A DNA stretch of 64,000 nt from Takakia lepidozioides (taxonomy: Eukaryota > Plantae > Bryophyta): contig CM060734.1 in NCBI GenBank assembly GCA_030704615.1, positions 47,554,001 to 47,618,000 on the forward strand. The letters are read 5' to 3'. The notes beneath the pieces are model-generated. The model was not told the origin of the DNA. It was given only the letters and a program-made list of their open reading frames with translations, and searched no databases. Position 1 is the first letter of the stretch, and every line of letters starts with the position of its first letter. The position numbers and the translations under genes were made by a program. This document shows positions 48,941 to 61,243 of the stretch, in pieces.

Positions 48941-49559
48941 GGTAAAGCATCCTAATTTTGCTCACTTTCAGCATCCAGCTGTCGCATTTTGCTTAACTTG
49001 GTAAAATTTCAATTTTTTTTCTTATATGGGTCATTTTATTTAACCCATAAATGCTTTTCATTCAGTGACATCTATAAATTTGAGAATAACCCATCAGGTT
49101 TTCAATGCATTGGATCTGGGATCTCTGGAAACGTAGAAAAATCCCTAATATTGCGCACCTGATTGCACGCGCATTCAAATGCGCAATATTAGGACATAAC
49201 ACATTTTCTTCAGTTTATGATCACACATGGCCTCCATGACAAAAGTTTTCAAGTTTTCTTCAGAACCACCAGACGTGTTGGACCTTGATTCATGGCTCGT
49301 AATTCTGCTTTCACCCAGGGGAGAGTGACCGATCTCATGACAATCAGCTAGAAAAACTGAGCAGAGTCGGGAAGCAAGAAAAGCTTGAAGCGCGTGGTTG
49401 AAACGAGGAAATCAAGGTAGAATATGGATGAAATGTATTGGATGATGATGTACAGTATTAATCCAAACTACACAATTAGGTGCGCAGTATTGTGAATGTT
49501 GTTGAGAACTGCGCACTTTTAGGACGCTTTACCATAATAGCTTCCCTACCAAATTGTTG

Positions 49560-49805
49560 CACTAATCACTCACACTCTGGATGAATCGTTGTTAGAAAAC
49601 TTACCTACATACATTAAAAAAGAATACATTACTACGACAAGAGGAAAAAAACAAAAAAAAACAAAAAAAAACAAACAACTATTATGAGATTTACAATATA
49701 GCTGCGAAGGTCCATCCACCACTATCAGCTCGAAACGATGTTCTACCTGACCATATACTCCAATAACCACTACAACAATAGTGAGGATACAAGCTTCTCA
49801 TAGAT
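49560..49805. repeat. Left arm of a second inverted repeat; its partner is split by the L1 (51498-51609 plus 63930-64000)
   Basis: CCATATACTCCAATAACCACTACAA pairs with TTGTAGTGGTTATTGGAGTATATGG (about 51528). ATGAATCGTTGTTAGAAAACTTACCT pairs with AGGTAAATTTTCTAACAATGATTCAT (about 63957). Confidence 0.8.
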
Positions 49806-50414
49806 TTTTTTTTGAGAAAGTACCGATTGTGTCTTTGTAAAAAAAGTTGAGTACTGAGGAACTGTGAAATGCTGGTATGACATGCACAAAGGCGGAAGTA
49901 ATCTTCAGACCATATATCAAATCATCTCTCTCAAACTTGAGTTTAGGACTGACAGAGAAATTCTTTAAGGGCACATAGACGTCTTTGTAGAATTTCTTAG
50001 AATTTATTTGGATAAAAAATCCCAAGACAGTACTTAACACTAAGTGTTGTGAAACCAACTTGCCTGTCGGTGAGATCACAATGTAAATAAGACTATGTGC
50101 TTGGGAGTTCTCCACTTGCATCAACGTATTTGAACTTGAGACCTCTATGTTACATGTCATTAAGTCACTATTCACTAACAATAACGGCCACCTCTATTTG
50201 GTTGTTGGCTTCGAGATATGTTCTCGCTTCTATTACTAATTGTAGCACGTTTTGCACAAAAGAGAGAAGATTTCGGCCGGATCGTAAATTAGAGTCACTT
50301 TGTCTTTTGTAGACGATATATAGACGCATATTATACAGCTACCCCGCTCCTACAAAAGAGAGCCAATAATAAATTAAATCTAACAAGTGAGACATTTGAG
50401 ATACAAGATGGTTT

Positions 50415-51230
50415 TGGTGTTGCATTATTGTTGTTCAAAACAATGTGATTTTGTGTTGTCGACCCCTTTTTTTAGTGGTATGTTGCGATTTCAGAAAATG
50501 TTTAATTATTGATGTGTCAAATCTCGAAAGTGAAAGAGATTGAGTATTTGAAATCGACATTGAGGGCATAACATTGGAAGTGCAATGAGTTGCTTTAAAA
50601 ACAATGGGTTCGAAGTGTCCACTCTTCATAGCGCGTCTATCATCATAGTGAAGTTGGAGAGGGGTACGAGAAAAACATTAATCACCCTTAGAAAACATTA
50701 CGTTTTTGTTTACTTGAGACCATAAACTTAATTGATCTTTGTAAATAGATTGCTAAACAAAGAATGACACGATTATCACTTTCGAAACCTCCATAAACAA
50801 CATTACCGGACATTTTTTGAGCAGATTTTCTAATTACAAATATTAGTTCATAGAGAGCTTCCGAAGAAAAATGGATTTGAATCATTTCAGCTAGTTCATC
50901 ATAAACAAACAATTTTCAACAATATAATGGTAATCATCTACACGTTATAAATGTTGAGTCTGTAAATATGAAATCTATATCTATATATTCATTATTGACA
51001 TAAAAAATTATATATATATATTAGGGTCATAAATAAATAAATAAAAATTGAATGTAAAGCATCAATTATATGACGATGAATAATATTTTACTATAATAAA
51101 AGAATATTAATGGAGGTTGGCTAGATTAGATTTATTCTTTAAAAATATAATAGGAATTAAATAAACACATTCAAACATGTTTTATGGGCTATGATGTGAT
51201 GCGAAGAATTACTTTGAAAAACTAGAGAAA
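50415..51230. repeat. Third, more diverged copy of the AT-rich repeat at about 34905-35710
   Basis: Shared blocks such as TTGAGTATTTGAAATCGA, GAATGACACG.TTATCACTTTC and CAACAATATAATGGTAATCAT. Confidence 0.8.
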
Positions 51231-51925
51231 TTGAGGGAAAATGCTTCATATTGCATGAAGCAGCTCCATCAAAACAAATGGCCTATAGATGTAGTAAATC
51301 CAAATAAATTCGAGCAAGTCCGAGCATGTACTAAATGAGTGTAAAGGTTGAAGTAGAGTATATCTAACTTGTGAGCCTCCATGGAGGTGATTCGCACAAT
51401 TCTAGACTGATCGCTCTCACAGATCTGCTCAACCTCGCACTTCTTTAGTATTCAACTTCTTTTAGAATGACACAATGAATACTTTCTCAAAACGATTCCA
51501 TGAGAAGTTTGCATTCACCACTATTATTGTAGTGGTTATTGGAGTATATGGTCAGATGGAACAACGTTTCGAGTTGACAGTGGCGGATGGACCTTTGCAG
51601 TTGTATGTTTTTTTTGTTTTTATTTTATTTTATTTTAGAAAACAGGGAACTGAGGCCCTGGAGAATTTATTCCAAAAAAGCGGATTACAAAGAAAGTGAG
51701 GAAAAAATAACCTCACTAGGGAAACCATGAGGATGATAAAGGAGCTTTGCCCCGTAACCAAAACTAAGAAGCCTGCAGAGGCTAAGGATAAGAGCGCTGC
51801 AGGTGGGGGATGTCTAAGGCCTGGAAGAGGCGAAGGAAAGATGCGCCTTGGACTTGCACTTTCATAGGGAACGCTTGTGGCGCCAATTGACGTTCGAGTC
51901 TTCTGGCTCAGCTGACTGTTGGGCA

Positions 51926-54900
51926 CTACGTGAATTGCCAATATGGCAGGAGTTGGTTGTTCCAGACAACCGATGAATCGGAAACTCTTGTGCACAGAAT
52001 GCGTCCTTTTTCCCAGGACTTATCAAAGTCAGCGAATAGTTGCAACCTCTTGTTCTGAGAGCTTCTGGCAGCAGCTGCACACAAAACGCTCCACGATTTT
52101 CTCGCTTCAGTCATAAGGTCGGAATGAATACGATACATTACCATCTTCGCACATGGAACCTTAGCCTCCAAAACACTTGAACACCTACATTTCCAGATGT
52201 TCCACAAGGTGTGGGCTCGCAGTGCTATCCAGAGAGGGCATGTACTCCAGTAAGCACCATTGTGCATGTTCAAGAGCAACACTGAAATCTGGGAAGAGAA
52301 ATCCAATGACCAGTCAGCATAAAATCTCTTAATAGCAGCCCATACTAGTGAGGCTAGAGGGCATTGGATCAGGCAATGCTCAATGGTCTCTGGACCATTC
52401 GAGTTACAGATGGGGCAGGGGATTTGGGGATCCGAAATATGAGCGAAAACTGGCAAGATACGATTGACAATCTTCCATAGAAATCCACATATTTTTGTAG
52501 CCCTTTGTTTCCTCCAAACATCCTTCCAAACCAAAGTGCCAATTCACTGAGGGCGGTGGAAGATGCTCCCATTTACCATTCCATTTGTGAGAGAAGAGAG
52601 CCGGGGGTCTCAGCAAAAATGTAACCAAGCTTGACCGAATAGCTAAAGAAGGGTTTGTGAGGGGTTGACATCCAGTTCCACTCTGCAGGGTCAAACTGAA
52701 GTTGTGTGACCGGTGCGTTTAGGAACCAACAGAAAGAAACAGAGTAGTGTTTGATATTGGGTGGCGGCAAAGGATTGCATGCACCCGTGATTCTGCAGAA
52801 CACTCTAATCGCAAAGAGGCCTTCTTCTTGAAGATACTTGAACGATGGATGGTATAAGCCCCGACCCTATCAGCCTGAAACTACCAGCCCGCCAGTGTGC
52901 TGCCATGGCGAGATACGGCGTAGAGGGCCACCTGCTCAGACCCGGGGGCACCAATCCCAAGCCAAGCTAGAAGCAGCCTTGGTGCATCCTGAACCGAGGG
53001 AAATGAAGTCCAAAGCTGGGGTATCTCTTTAATCAGTGAATCCCAAGCCCCTGCCCTTCTGGAAGTGAGGTGGGAGGTGACCAAGTCTTTGGGGAGGAAG
53101 CTGGGAGGATCCTAGATATGGCAAAAATGCGAAATTCCAGCCATCTCCCAATGGCTCCATTTTTTAGCACCTGATAATAGCACCTCTGAATCGGAGTTGT
53201 AGTTTGCAAAAAGCGGCTGACACAAGGCCTCTTCCAAGGTGGATGGCATGGTTTGATAGAGCGAGTTTCTCAATAGAACCCATGCAGCCCATTTAGATTG
53301 CCAAGCTTTGGAGCCCAAGGGATGAGTTCTGAATGAACTTTTGCCTTGCACGATCTAGCGAAGGGAATTAGGCCAGTCACCAGATGTGGGAGTTGCATCC
53401 ATGACATGATGGCGGACCAGTAGACTCCACGGAGCTGAAAGATTTCTGAAAATCCTGGGAACCCACTTTGCGAGAAGGGAGGTAATCTGAGCAAGAGGGT
53501 CTATGATACCAAGTCCTCCCAGCTAACCAGAGCTCTATGATTTCGAGAGAGGGCAGTACCACCCCAGACTTTAATTTGGTTGATAGTTTCGGAGCCTGGA
53601 GACCAGACTGCCGTGGAGAACCGTGCGAGGATGCGAGAATCACTTGGTTAGCCACTAAGGCTTGCCCTGTAATTGAGAGTCCGAGAGAAATCCAATAGGT
53701 AAAATGCTTTCTGATGATCTTCATAACTGCTTCACAATGTTGAGAGTCTGTCAGATCGTGACCAATGAGGTGCCCGAGCAGCTTGTGGGCTTGCCCATTC
53801 TGCAGCCAATGAAGGCCAAGATCATGGCCCCAAGCATCAGCATGGTTGTTTATCGAGTCTACGCGCTGTTTTGAGAGGATCCCTACTGACTTGGGCCAAT
53901 TAACCTTAAGACCCGATGCCATACAAAAAAGATGAAGAGCCTGCAACGCGGCCGTAATATTCAATGTTGTTCAACAACATGACAGTATTATCTGCGTATA
54001 GCGAAGTCTTTATCGATGCAAGAGCAGGCGGCGAACGGGGGATTTGAAGGCCCTGTATGTGCGAACTTGAGTCAAACAGATGTCCAAGACAATCTGCCAC
54101 AAACAAAAAAAGAAAGGGGGCCAACGGGCAACCTTGCCGAACAGAACGATGTAACTGAAAGGCGGAGGAGAGGACACCATTCACCAAGACTTTACTGGAA
54201 GCTGAAGAGAGCAGGATCTTGACCCAGAGAAGAAAGCTCCCTGAAAATCCTAGCTTTTGCATTGCACCTAAGAGGAAGTCCCAATCCACATTATCGAACG
54301 CCTTTACGAAGTCCAGCATAAGCAGGGCCAGTGGTTGATCCGATTCACAAGCAAGATGTAAGGCTTCAAGGGCCAATAGGATGTTATTAAGGATCATCCT
54401 GTTGCTCATGAAACCAGTCTGATCAGGGCGCACTAGTTTATGAAGGAAGGGCTGTAATCTCCGCGCAAGAGCCTTAGCAATAATTTTATAGGTTGAGTTG
54501 AACAAGGTGATGGGTCTATAATTGGAAATAATACCTCTATCGCCCTTCTTGAAAATCAAAGTAATGACTCCTTGAGAAAGTTGGGATGGCATAATGCCCT
54601 TATGGATGATGTCGTTTGCCATGAGGAGAAAATCATCTCCCAAAATGCTCCATAGGGCTTTGAAAAACTCCACAGGAAGTCCATCAAGGCCCGACGATTT
54701 GAGAGAGGGCAGGGCTTCCATGGCATCACGCAATTCATCTACCGTGAATGGAGCTGATAGAGATAAGGATTCTTCTTGGGATAAAATTTTGGGAACGCAG
54801 TCCAGGACTCTATGTCTCGAGTCCACAATATCCATAGAAATTGTGGGGCGAGCAAAAAGATTGGAGAAATAGGATGCAGCCACCGAAGCCATTGCCTTGG

Positions 54901-55371
54901 GGCTAGAGTGGGATGTGTTCATATGATCTCTAAGAGAGCATATGGAAACAGCCGACTGACGCTGTTTAGCCTTTTGAAAAAAATACGCCGACATTTTTTC
55001 ACCCTCCCCGCTTTCCTTTTCATGTTGAGCTCTTTTAAGGCATGGAGCTCAGCTAGCTCTCGCCTGGCTTGGAAAAGTGATTGGAAAGTGACAGGGCCCA
55101 CCAGGTTAGACTCAACCAACCATTGACAGTGGGCTATTGTTTTCAGAAGGACCTTCTCCTTTCTAGCCCTATCTTCCGCCATCTGCCTAGACAAGAATTG
55201 AGCTCTGGATCTGGTAGCAACGAGCTTAGAAAGAAATCTGATTGAAGGAGAGACAAAAGAATTACCCGCTTCTTGCCATACCTTTCCTAGGTCCTGCACC
55301 ATAGGAGTGGATTTAAGAAGCGAAGGGTTTAGCTTGAAGAAACCTCTACCCCTGCGGTGAAGCCCAGGCAC
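51926..55371 (-). pseudogene. L1 ORF2: RT and C-terminal zf-RVT, frameshifted
   Basis: FKLNPSLL, KSSGLDG, NYRPITL, DQTGF, LDFVKAFD, RQGCPLAPFLF, YADN, CPICNSNGPETIEHCLIQC, WNIWKCRC. Confidence 0.92.
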
Positions 55372-55373
55372 TT

Positions 55374-56156
55374 TTAACTGAACTGAGACACAGCCCCACC
55401 AACAAGCACATCATAGGACATTGCGTCTGTAACAATGGCTTTAGCTCTCATGACTGAGCCATCCGTAGGATGATCTGGCTGCAATCGAATGAAGAGCTCA
55501 TGGCGTGTAATCCCTCGCACCTTCTCTGAACCACCCAAAGATGTTTGAATTTGAAAAGGGCAAGGCTCCAAGTCCGCCTCTGTAAGGCCCAAGCTTGCAA
55601 TTGCTACTCTCCCCAACATCAATGGCTGTGCTCCTGAGTCCAACAAGACCCGCAGTGGCCTATACCTCCTCCCGGTTGGGCCACCCAATTGAAACCCTCC
55701 ATCTTGATTGTCCACCAGGACTACCCCAGGAGTCACCATGTTGCGCTCAATGGCTGGCCTAGCTGGCAACTCCTGCAACCTTGCAGCTGCCGCTTGCCAT
55801 GGTGCAGCTGTGGCTGTCTTCACCTTTGAGTCCAGGGCATCCATGCACTGCACATTATCCGCTATCCCCGCAGATAGTGCTGATGCATCACCACTCTCAC
55901 AGAGTCTAGCTGCTAGTCTGAATACAGCAGCTGGCCGAATCCCTGGCATTGTAATGGTCATTGTAGAAAACAATGGAGCTTGGCAAACAGCCGTAGCCGG
56001 CCCCAACAATGTACTGGCTGCACCTTGCTTTGTAGCACCACCCACTGGCATTTCCCGAGCCACACCAACTCTCCCCACTGGCACTTGTGGCTCTACCTTT
56101 GACACACTTGGGCGAGCGGGTACCATCGATGGCGTAGTTGGCACTGTCTCAGCCAA
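55374..56156 (-). pseudogene. Retrotransposon aspartic protease region
   Basis: RVLLDSGAQPLML ... YDVLVG; the ORF is cut at the junction with L1 sequence. Confidence 0.85.
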
Positions 56157-56192
56157 TGTGAAAGACTGTGGAAGCCTTGTCTGTCAACTTGC

Positions 56193-57842
56193 TTACCCCC
56201 TTTGTGGATCAAAATCCACATTTGCTCCTCTTGGCTCAGGAGCACGCGTTGTTGCTAGAGTGACAGCAGCTGCAGAGTCCACATGCAATGGTCCTGCAAG
56301 TGCGGCTCCACACATGAAGCCCATACCAATCTGGTCTTCCCTAGGCATAGGAGGTTGTGCAGGTGGGGCTTGAACCTCAGGCCTTGGAGCTGGCGCAACA
56401 TGCGTAGTGGCCATGGTAGCAAGACGTTGCTCTAGCTGGGCAAGCCTATCCACCATGCCTTGGTCATGACCTTGACCTTGACCTTGTGCTCCCTGGTTTT
56501 GGTTACGACCTCCACCACGACCTCTGCCTCCTCTACCTCTCTGGAATACATTGCCTTGTCCTCGGCCACCATTGTTCCCTTGGAACTGGCCTGGCCGTAG
56601 CTCAGGATGTAAGCCATAACAATGGGCCTCCTCATGCCCATACTTTCCACAATGCCCACACTGTAGTTGTGTAGGCTGTGCCTGTGCCGTGCCTTTGCCT
56701 CTCTCCGGGCAATCCTTCTTGACATGGGGTCCTCCACAATCCCAACAAGTCATACCCAACTGTTGTTGGCCTAAAAATGAAGGAAGAGACCTCTGCATCT
56801 GAGATCCTCTTTGTCCTTCCCTCGGCTTTATCTGAGCCCCCTTGATGCTTTGAACTCGTTGGGATAGTGGTTGTTGTTGGCTAGCAGCCCCACTTCGTTG
56901 TGTCTCCTTGCCAAACCCCACCATAACCACTCGCTCCTCCACCATATTGAGCTCTATCCGCTCTGCTGGCAAAAACACGTTTGCTAAGGTGGGTTGGTCC
57001 ACTTGTAGGAGAGTTGCATCCCGCACCCTTCTCCTCAGCTCTTTATCCAATATCCCATACCAAAATTGGACTGCTTGAGCTGCCGTAACTCCTTGGGTTA
57101 CATTTATCAATCGCCTCATGCGCGTGTAAGCCTCCCTCAAACTCTCAGTAGGCTTGCGCTGGAACTCTTGCAAGCTCCGCAATTTCTCCGTCTTTATCCC
57201 CTGGGAGTTTCTCCTCAACTCCTCGAAGAACTCCACAACTGGGTTAAAGGCAGGCACGGGTGCCGGTGCTGCAGCAGGAGCTTGAGTGGATTTCCCAGCT
57301 CCATCTTTACTTGTCCCACTACTAGTGCTTGCAGTTGGGGATGTTGGTGTAGCTGCTAGTATCGCCGCTGCCCTTGTGCCTCTAGTGATAGAGACATAAT
57401 CAGGTGACCAATATTGTCGTCACTCCTCAATCTCCACCTCATTTCCCCGCCTAAACTCATGATAGTCATCCATAGGCGGCCCCTCAAGGTGCTGAAACAG
57501 CCCCTTCCACGCCATAAAAGGCGTAAACAGTTGTGGATTACGCATCTGCTACAAATCACACCAACTATCAAACTCCTGTATGAAATCATCAAGCTCGATG
57601 GTGCCCATAGCTCCAGAGTACCGTCGTGGCCCTTTAGTAGCTCCATACATTTCCTCCATCATATCCCACAACAATGGCACGGAAATGGCTTGCACCCTCG
57701 GCGAGAATCCTCCTGACTCCGAGTCTGAACCTTCCTCAGAAGACACTGAAGATGAAGGTGGCCTAAACCGCACATCTCGTCTTGTGTACCCACTAGTATC
57801 GCTGGTGCTCGTACCGGCACTCCCCTCAGCAACTGGTGGCAC
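56193..57842 (-). pseudogene. Retrotransposon gag with two zinc knuckles
   Basis: ELDDFIQEFDSWCD, FQRKPTESLREAYTRMRRL, CWDCGGPHVKKDC, CGHCGKYGHEEAHC; stops and frameshifts. Confidence 0.85.
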
Positions 57843-58499
57843 CTCCGTGATGAAAACTCACAACCCAACCGGTTGTCAACCTGTCTCTAATCCCCACTTT
57901 CCATAAGGTAACCGGGTAGAGAACCTGTTGCGGCTAGTGGTTCAAGCATGAATAATAGGTTTCTAATGTAGACCTGTACCTGCACCTGCATCCACCGCAA
58001 GCACTCCTATGGTCTGCTGGTCATCAACCCAGCCTCACCATAGAAGAAACACTGGTGGTCTTGCTGGTCATCACTCCAGCCTCACCACCGACAACATACT
58101 CTAGGATTGGCCGGTGATCAAATCCGGACCATCCTCCTATGAAAACAAGCGCCCACACAAAGCTAACATGGTGCACAGTCAAGCATGCAGGTGTGGAGGG
58201 GATCCAAACACAAGAAAATCAAGACAACAACTCCCCCACACCAAAAACACTCCACAGTGTCGCTGCTGCAATGACACCCTAGCCCAAACCCGGACTGACT
58301 CTTGCCTCCACCTACGGAAAGGTTTTGGCCTACAGAGATGGTGAAAGACTATGGGGAAGAGAAACTAAAGCAATTCCTAACCCCATAATGCTCTCATCCC
58401 ACCACTCTCCCTCATGTCTCTATCCACTCGCTTGTATGGCCGTGGCAAGTATCCTTCAAATATCCCTCAATCAATCCTTCAAGAGCTCTTCAACATTGT

Positions 58500-58678
58500 C
58501 CACCAAAGCTCTCCGAAAGGTCCTCCAATACTCATCCAAGGACCCCAAAGATCCTCCAAACAATCCTCCAAGGACCCCACAGATCCTCCAAACACTCCTC
58601 CAAGGACCCCAAAGATCCTCCAAACACTCCTCCAAGGGCCCTAAAATATCTTCCAAACAATCCTCCAAAGGCCCTTAA
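58500..58678. repeat. 32-bp tandem repeat, about 5 copies (CTCCAAGGACCCCAAAGATCCTCCAAACACTC)
   Basis: Units start at about 58534, 58566, 58598, 58630 and 58662. Confidence 0.9.
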
Positions 58679-58701
58679 ATTTCACTAAGTCCTTTCAATG
58701 T

Positions 58702-59096
58702 TGATACCTTAACAGAGGTATAGTCTAAGGTTGCTAGGGTCCCTTATGTTGATGATACCTTTACAGAGGTATAGTCTGAAAATGAGGGTTCTGTTTGGTA
58801 TACTAACAGAGGTATAGTCTGAGCTGATTAGGATCCATATATGGTGATACCTCAACAGAGGTATAGTGAAAGGGACAAGCTCTTGTTTGGTATACTAACA
58901 GAGGTATAGTCTGAGCTGATTAGGGTTCACATATGGTGATACCTCAATAGAGGTATAGTAAAATGGACAAGCTCATGTTTGGTATACTAACAGAGGTATA
59001 GTCTCACATTAGGGTTCACATATGGTGATACCTCAACAGAGGTATAGTCAAAGGGACAAGCTTCTGTTTGGTATACTAACAGAGGTATAGTCTGAG
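58702..59096. repeat. Nine copies of ACAGAGGTATAGT spaced 43-51 bp apart (dimeric ~91-bp unit)
   Basis: Cores at 58712, 58763, 58806, 58855, 58898, 58947, 58990, 59036 and 59079. Confidence 0.92.
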
Positions 59097-60798
59097 CATA
59101 CACTACTAGGGTTTGTAATGAAGAGCTAGAATGCAAGTCCTTGACTTCTATGCTTCTACTCAAGCAAAAATATGGTCTCTAGGTGGTCATAAGAGACATC
59201 TTCTTGCTCTCTTCCACCCCAATGTGCAACCAAGAGTGGTCCAACTCAACTTGCAAGTCATTGTCCACCAAATTAATCCCCCTTCTAGTCCTTGGGATTT
59301 GATTGCAAACTACCATATCTCCATTGCCGAGCAATCATGCATTTGTCTCCTCATCACTTGACAATTGCTCCAAATCAACACAAATTATCTCAATGTGTAG
59401 GAGCAATGCTTGTCACTTACAATAATGCTCCCAAACAATCCGCCTTGGATCCCACTCTCACGCCATATGCCTCCTTTGGGGTCTTGCACTAATCCATCAT
59501 CCATGTGCTCCCCTTGGTCATTTGAATGCATGTTCCATGACCTCATGGCCTATGTGTTGCTCTCCTTCATCATAACATGAATCAACACCTCTCCACTTCA
59601 CACACAAATGGATCTCAAGGCCTTCACCTCTTGCTAGTTCAAGAGCTCCCCTTCTCACACTTGAACTTACAAACTCAAGAGAGCATGCTCCACACATGCA
59701 TCACTTGCTTGGTCAACTATCCACCACAAAACTCGCACTACCAAGAGCATGAATGGCCAAGTATTGCCTCCCCCTCTTGTCACATTACATAGTTAGGGTG
59801 AAGCTATGCATACATTGAATGATGATTTCCCTTCAAGGATTTCCCACCATATGTTCTCCAAGTCCTTCCAATGGTGCCCTAAACTTGGCTCCACACCTCC
59901 ATGATTGGAAGATTTCTTCACATGCTCCCTTTCAAAACCTCTTGAGCTTCTTAGTGCTCTCCAAGTGCTTGCCCTTGTTGTCTTCAAGCCCAAGCCTATG
60001 TAGCTCATTGGCTTCTCTTCCACAACTTCCATACTTTCAACTTGCTTAACCCTAGATTGATAGTGAAATGAGCACTAACAATCCTTTAGTTGCTCTCCAC
60101 AAGCCATGGCACACACCATTGACTCCATAATGCATACAAAAGATTCTCAAACCCTAGAATCCATGCTTCCACACACACAAGACTTCCTCCTTGCAATCCT
60201 TGCAAAATCTTGTGACTCAAGAGCTTTCTTCTCAAGCTCTCCAACTCCTTGGTGCATGCAACACTCGAGCACCTTTCCTTGCAACCCCTTGCAAGCCTTG
60301 TGATACAAAAGCTAAATTCTCTTAGCTCTCAACCTCTTTAACACACAAGTGCAAAACTAATCCTTACACTCCACTCTCACAAGCATAAGGTGATCTTCTT
60401 GTAGTGATAAGAGATGAGAAATGAGAGAAGTGGAAGACAATGAAAACTCTCAAAACATGAAGCAATCACACTAAGAACGAGCCCTAGTCCTTCCAAGTGA
60501 AATCCACTCTATCACATAAACTAAGTCAAGCCAAAGGCACCCTTGCTAAGGGAATCCACCCTACAAAGCCCTCGACACACTCCCTCTCAATACCTAGAGC
60601 TATGGAGGTGAGAGAAGCTCATGGAGGCTCAACTATAAGAAGATGAGCCCTCCTCAACCCTCACAAGGGGAAAACCCATCCCCATGTCCCAAGTGCGGCT
60701 TGACACCTCACTTGGCATATGAGACCAAATGAAGTCCCAACACATAAAATATAAATATAAATATCTAAAATGTCCTAGTTAACTAGAAGTAGGTAATT

Positions 60799-61243
60799 CT
60801 AGATAACCATGACTAAAACCATGACATCTACCTCCGGGTGCTTTAGAATTGAATCATGAATTGAGGCCCAGAAATCTATTCGCTCAGAAGTGGAGTTAGG
60901 AGCATATATGTTTATGAAAGCTGAAGCCCCAAAAACAGAGGAGATAACAGTGAAAGCACATTGAGCCCTACCTGACATCCAAATGTCAACTTTTGAAAAG
61001 CAATTATCCAACGAAGGCAAGACAAGGATGGCAGTACCGCCTCTAGAGTCTACTAAAGTCGGGTTCCACCATGCCAGGGTGGAGGGCCAGATTGACTGTC
61101 CTAAGGAAACAATATTCCTTGCGGTAAGCTTATGCTCTTGAAGGAACAAAATGCTATTAAGAGGTAAAAGAGAGGAGGCCCAATTCCGGATTCTACTTCG
61201 TTTGGGCACAAACCCCTCTCCAAGAGTATAGATTCCAACTCAT
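60799..61243 (-). pseudogene. L1 ORF2 apurinic-like endonuclease, N-terminal half
   Basis: ILFLQEHKL, SRGGTAILV and FINIYAPNSTSERIDFW. The GDFN/SDH half is missing at the insertion junction. Confidence 0.85.

Larger units (their letters stand above)
55374..60795 (-). mobile_element. 3'-truncated Ty3/gypsy LTR retrotransposon (gag and protease) with a long upstream LTR/UTR-like region, inside the L1
   Basis: Gag and aspartic protease present; RT, RNaseH, integrase and 3' LTR absent. LTR and PBS boundaries were not resolved, so 58340-60795 may include another element. Confidence 0.7.

Noticed and set aside
58320-60795. Exact LTR and PBS for the gypsy element
   Set aside because: There is no second LTR in the window and I found no convincing TG...CA plus PBS boundary.
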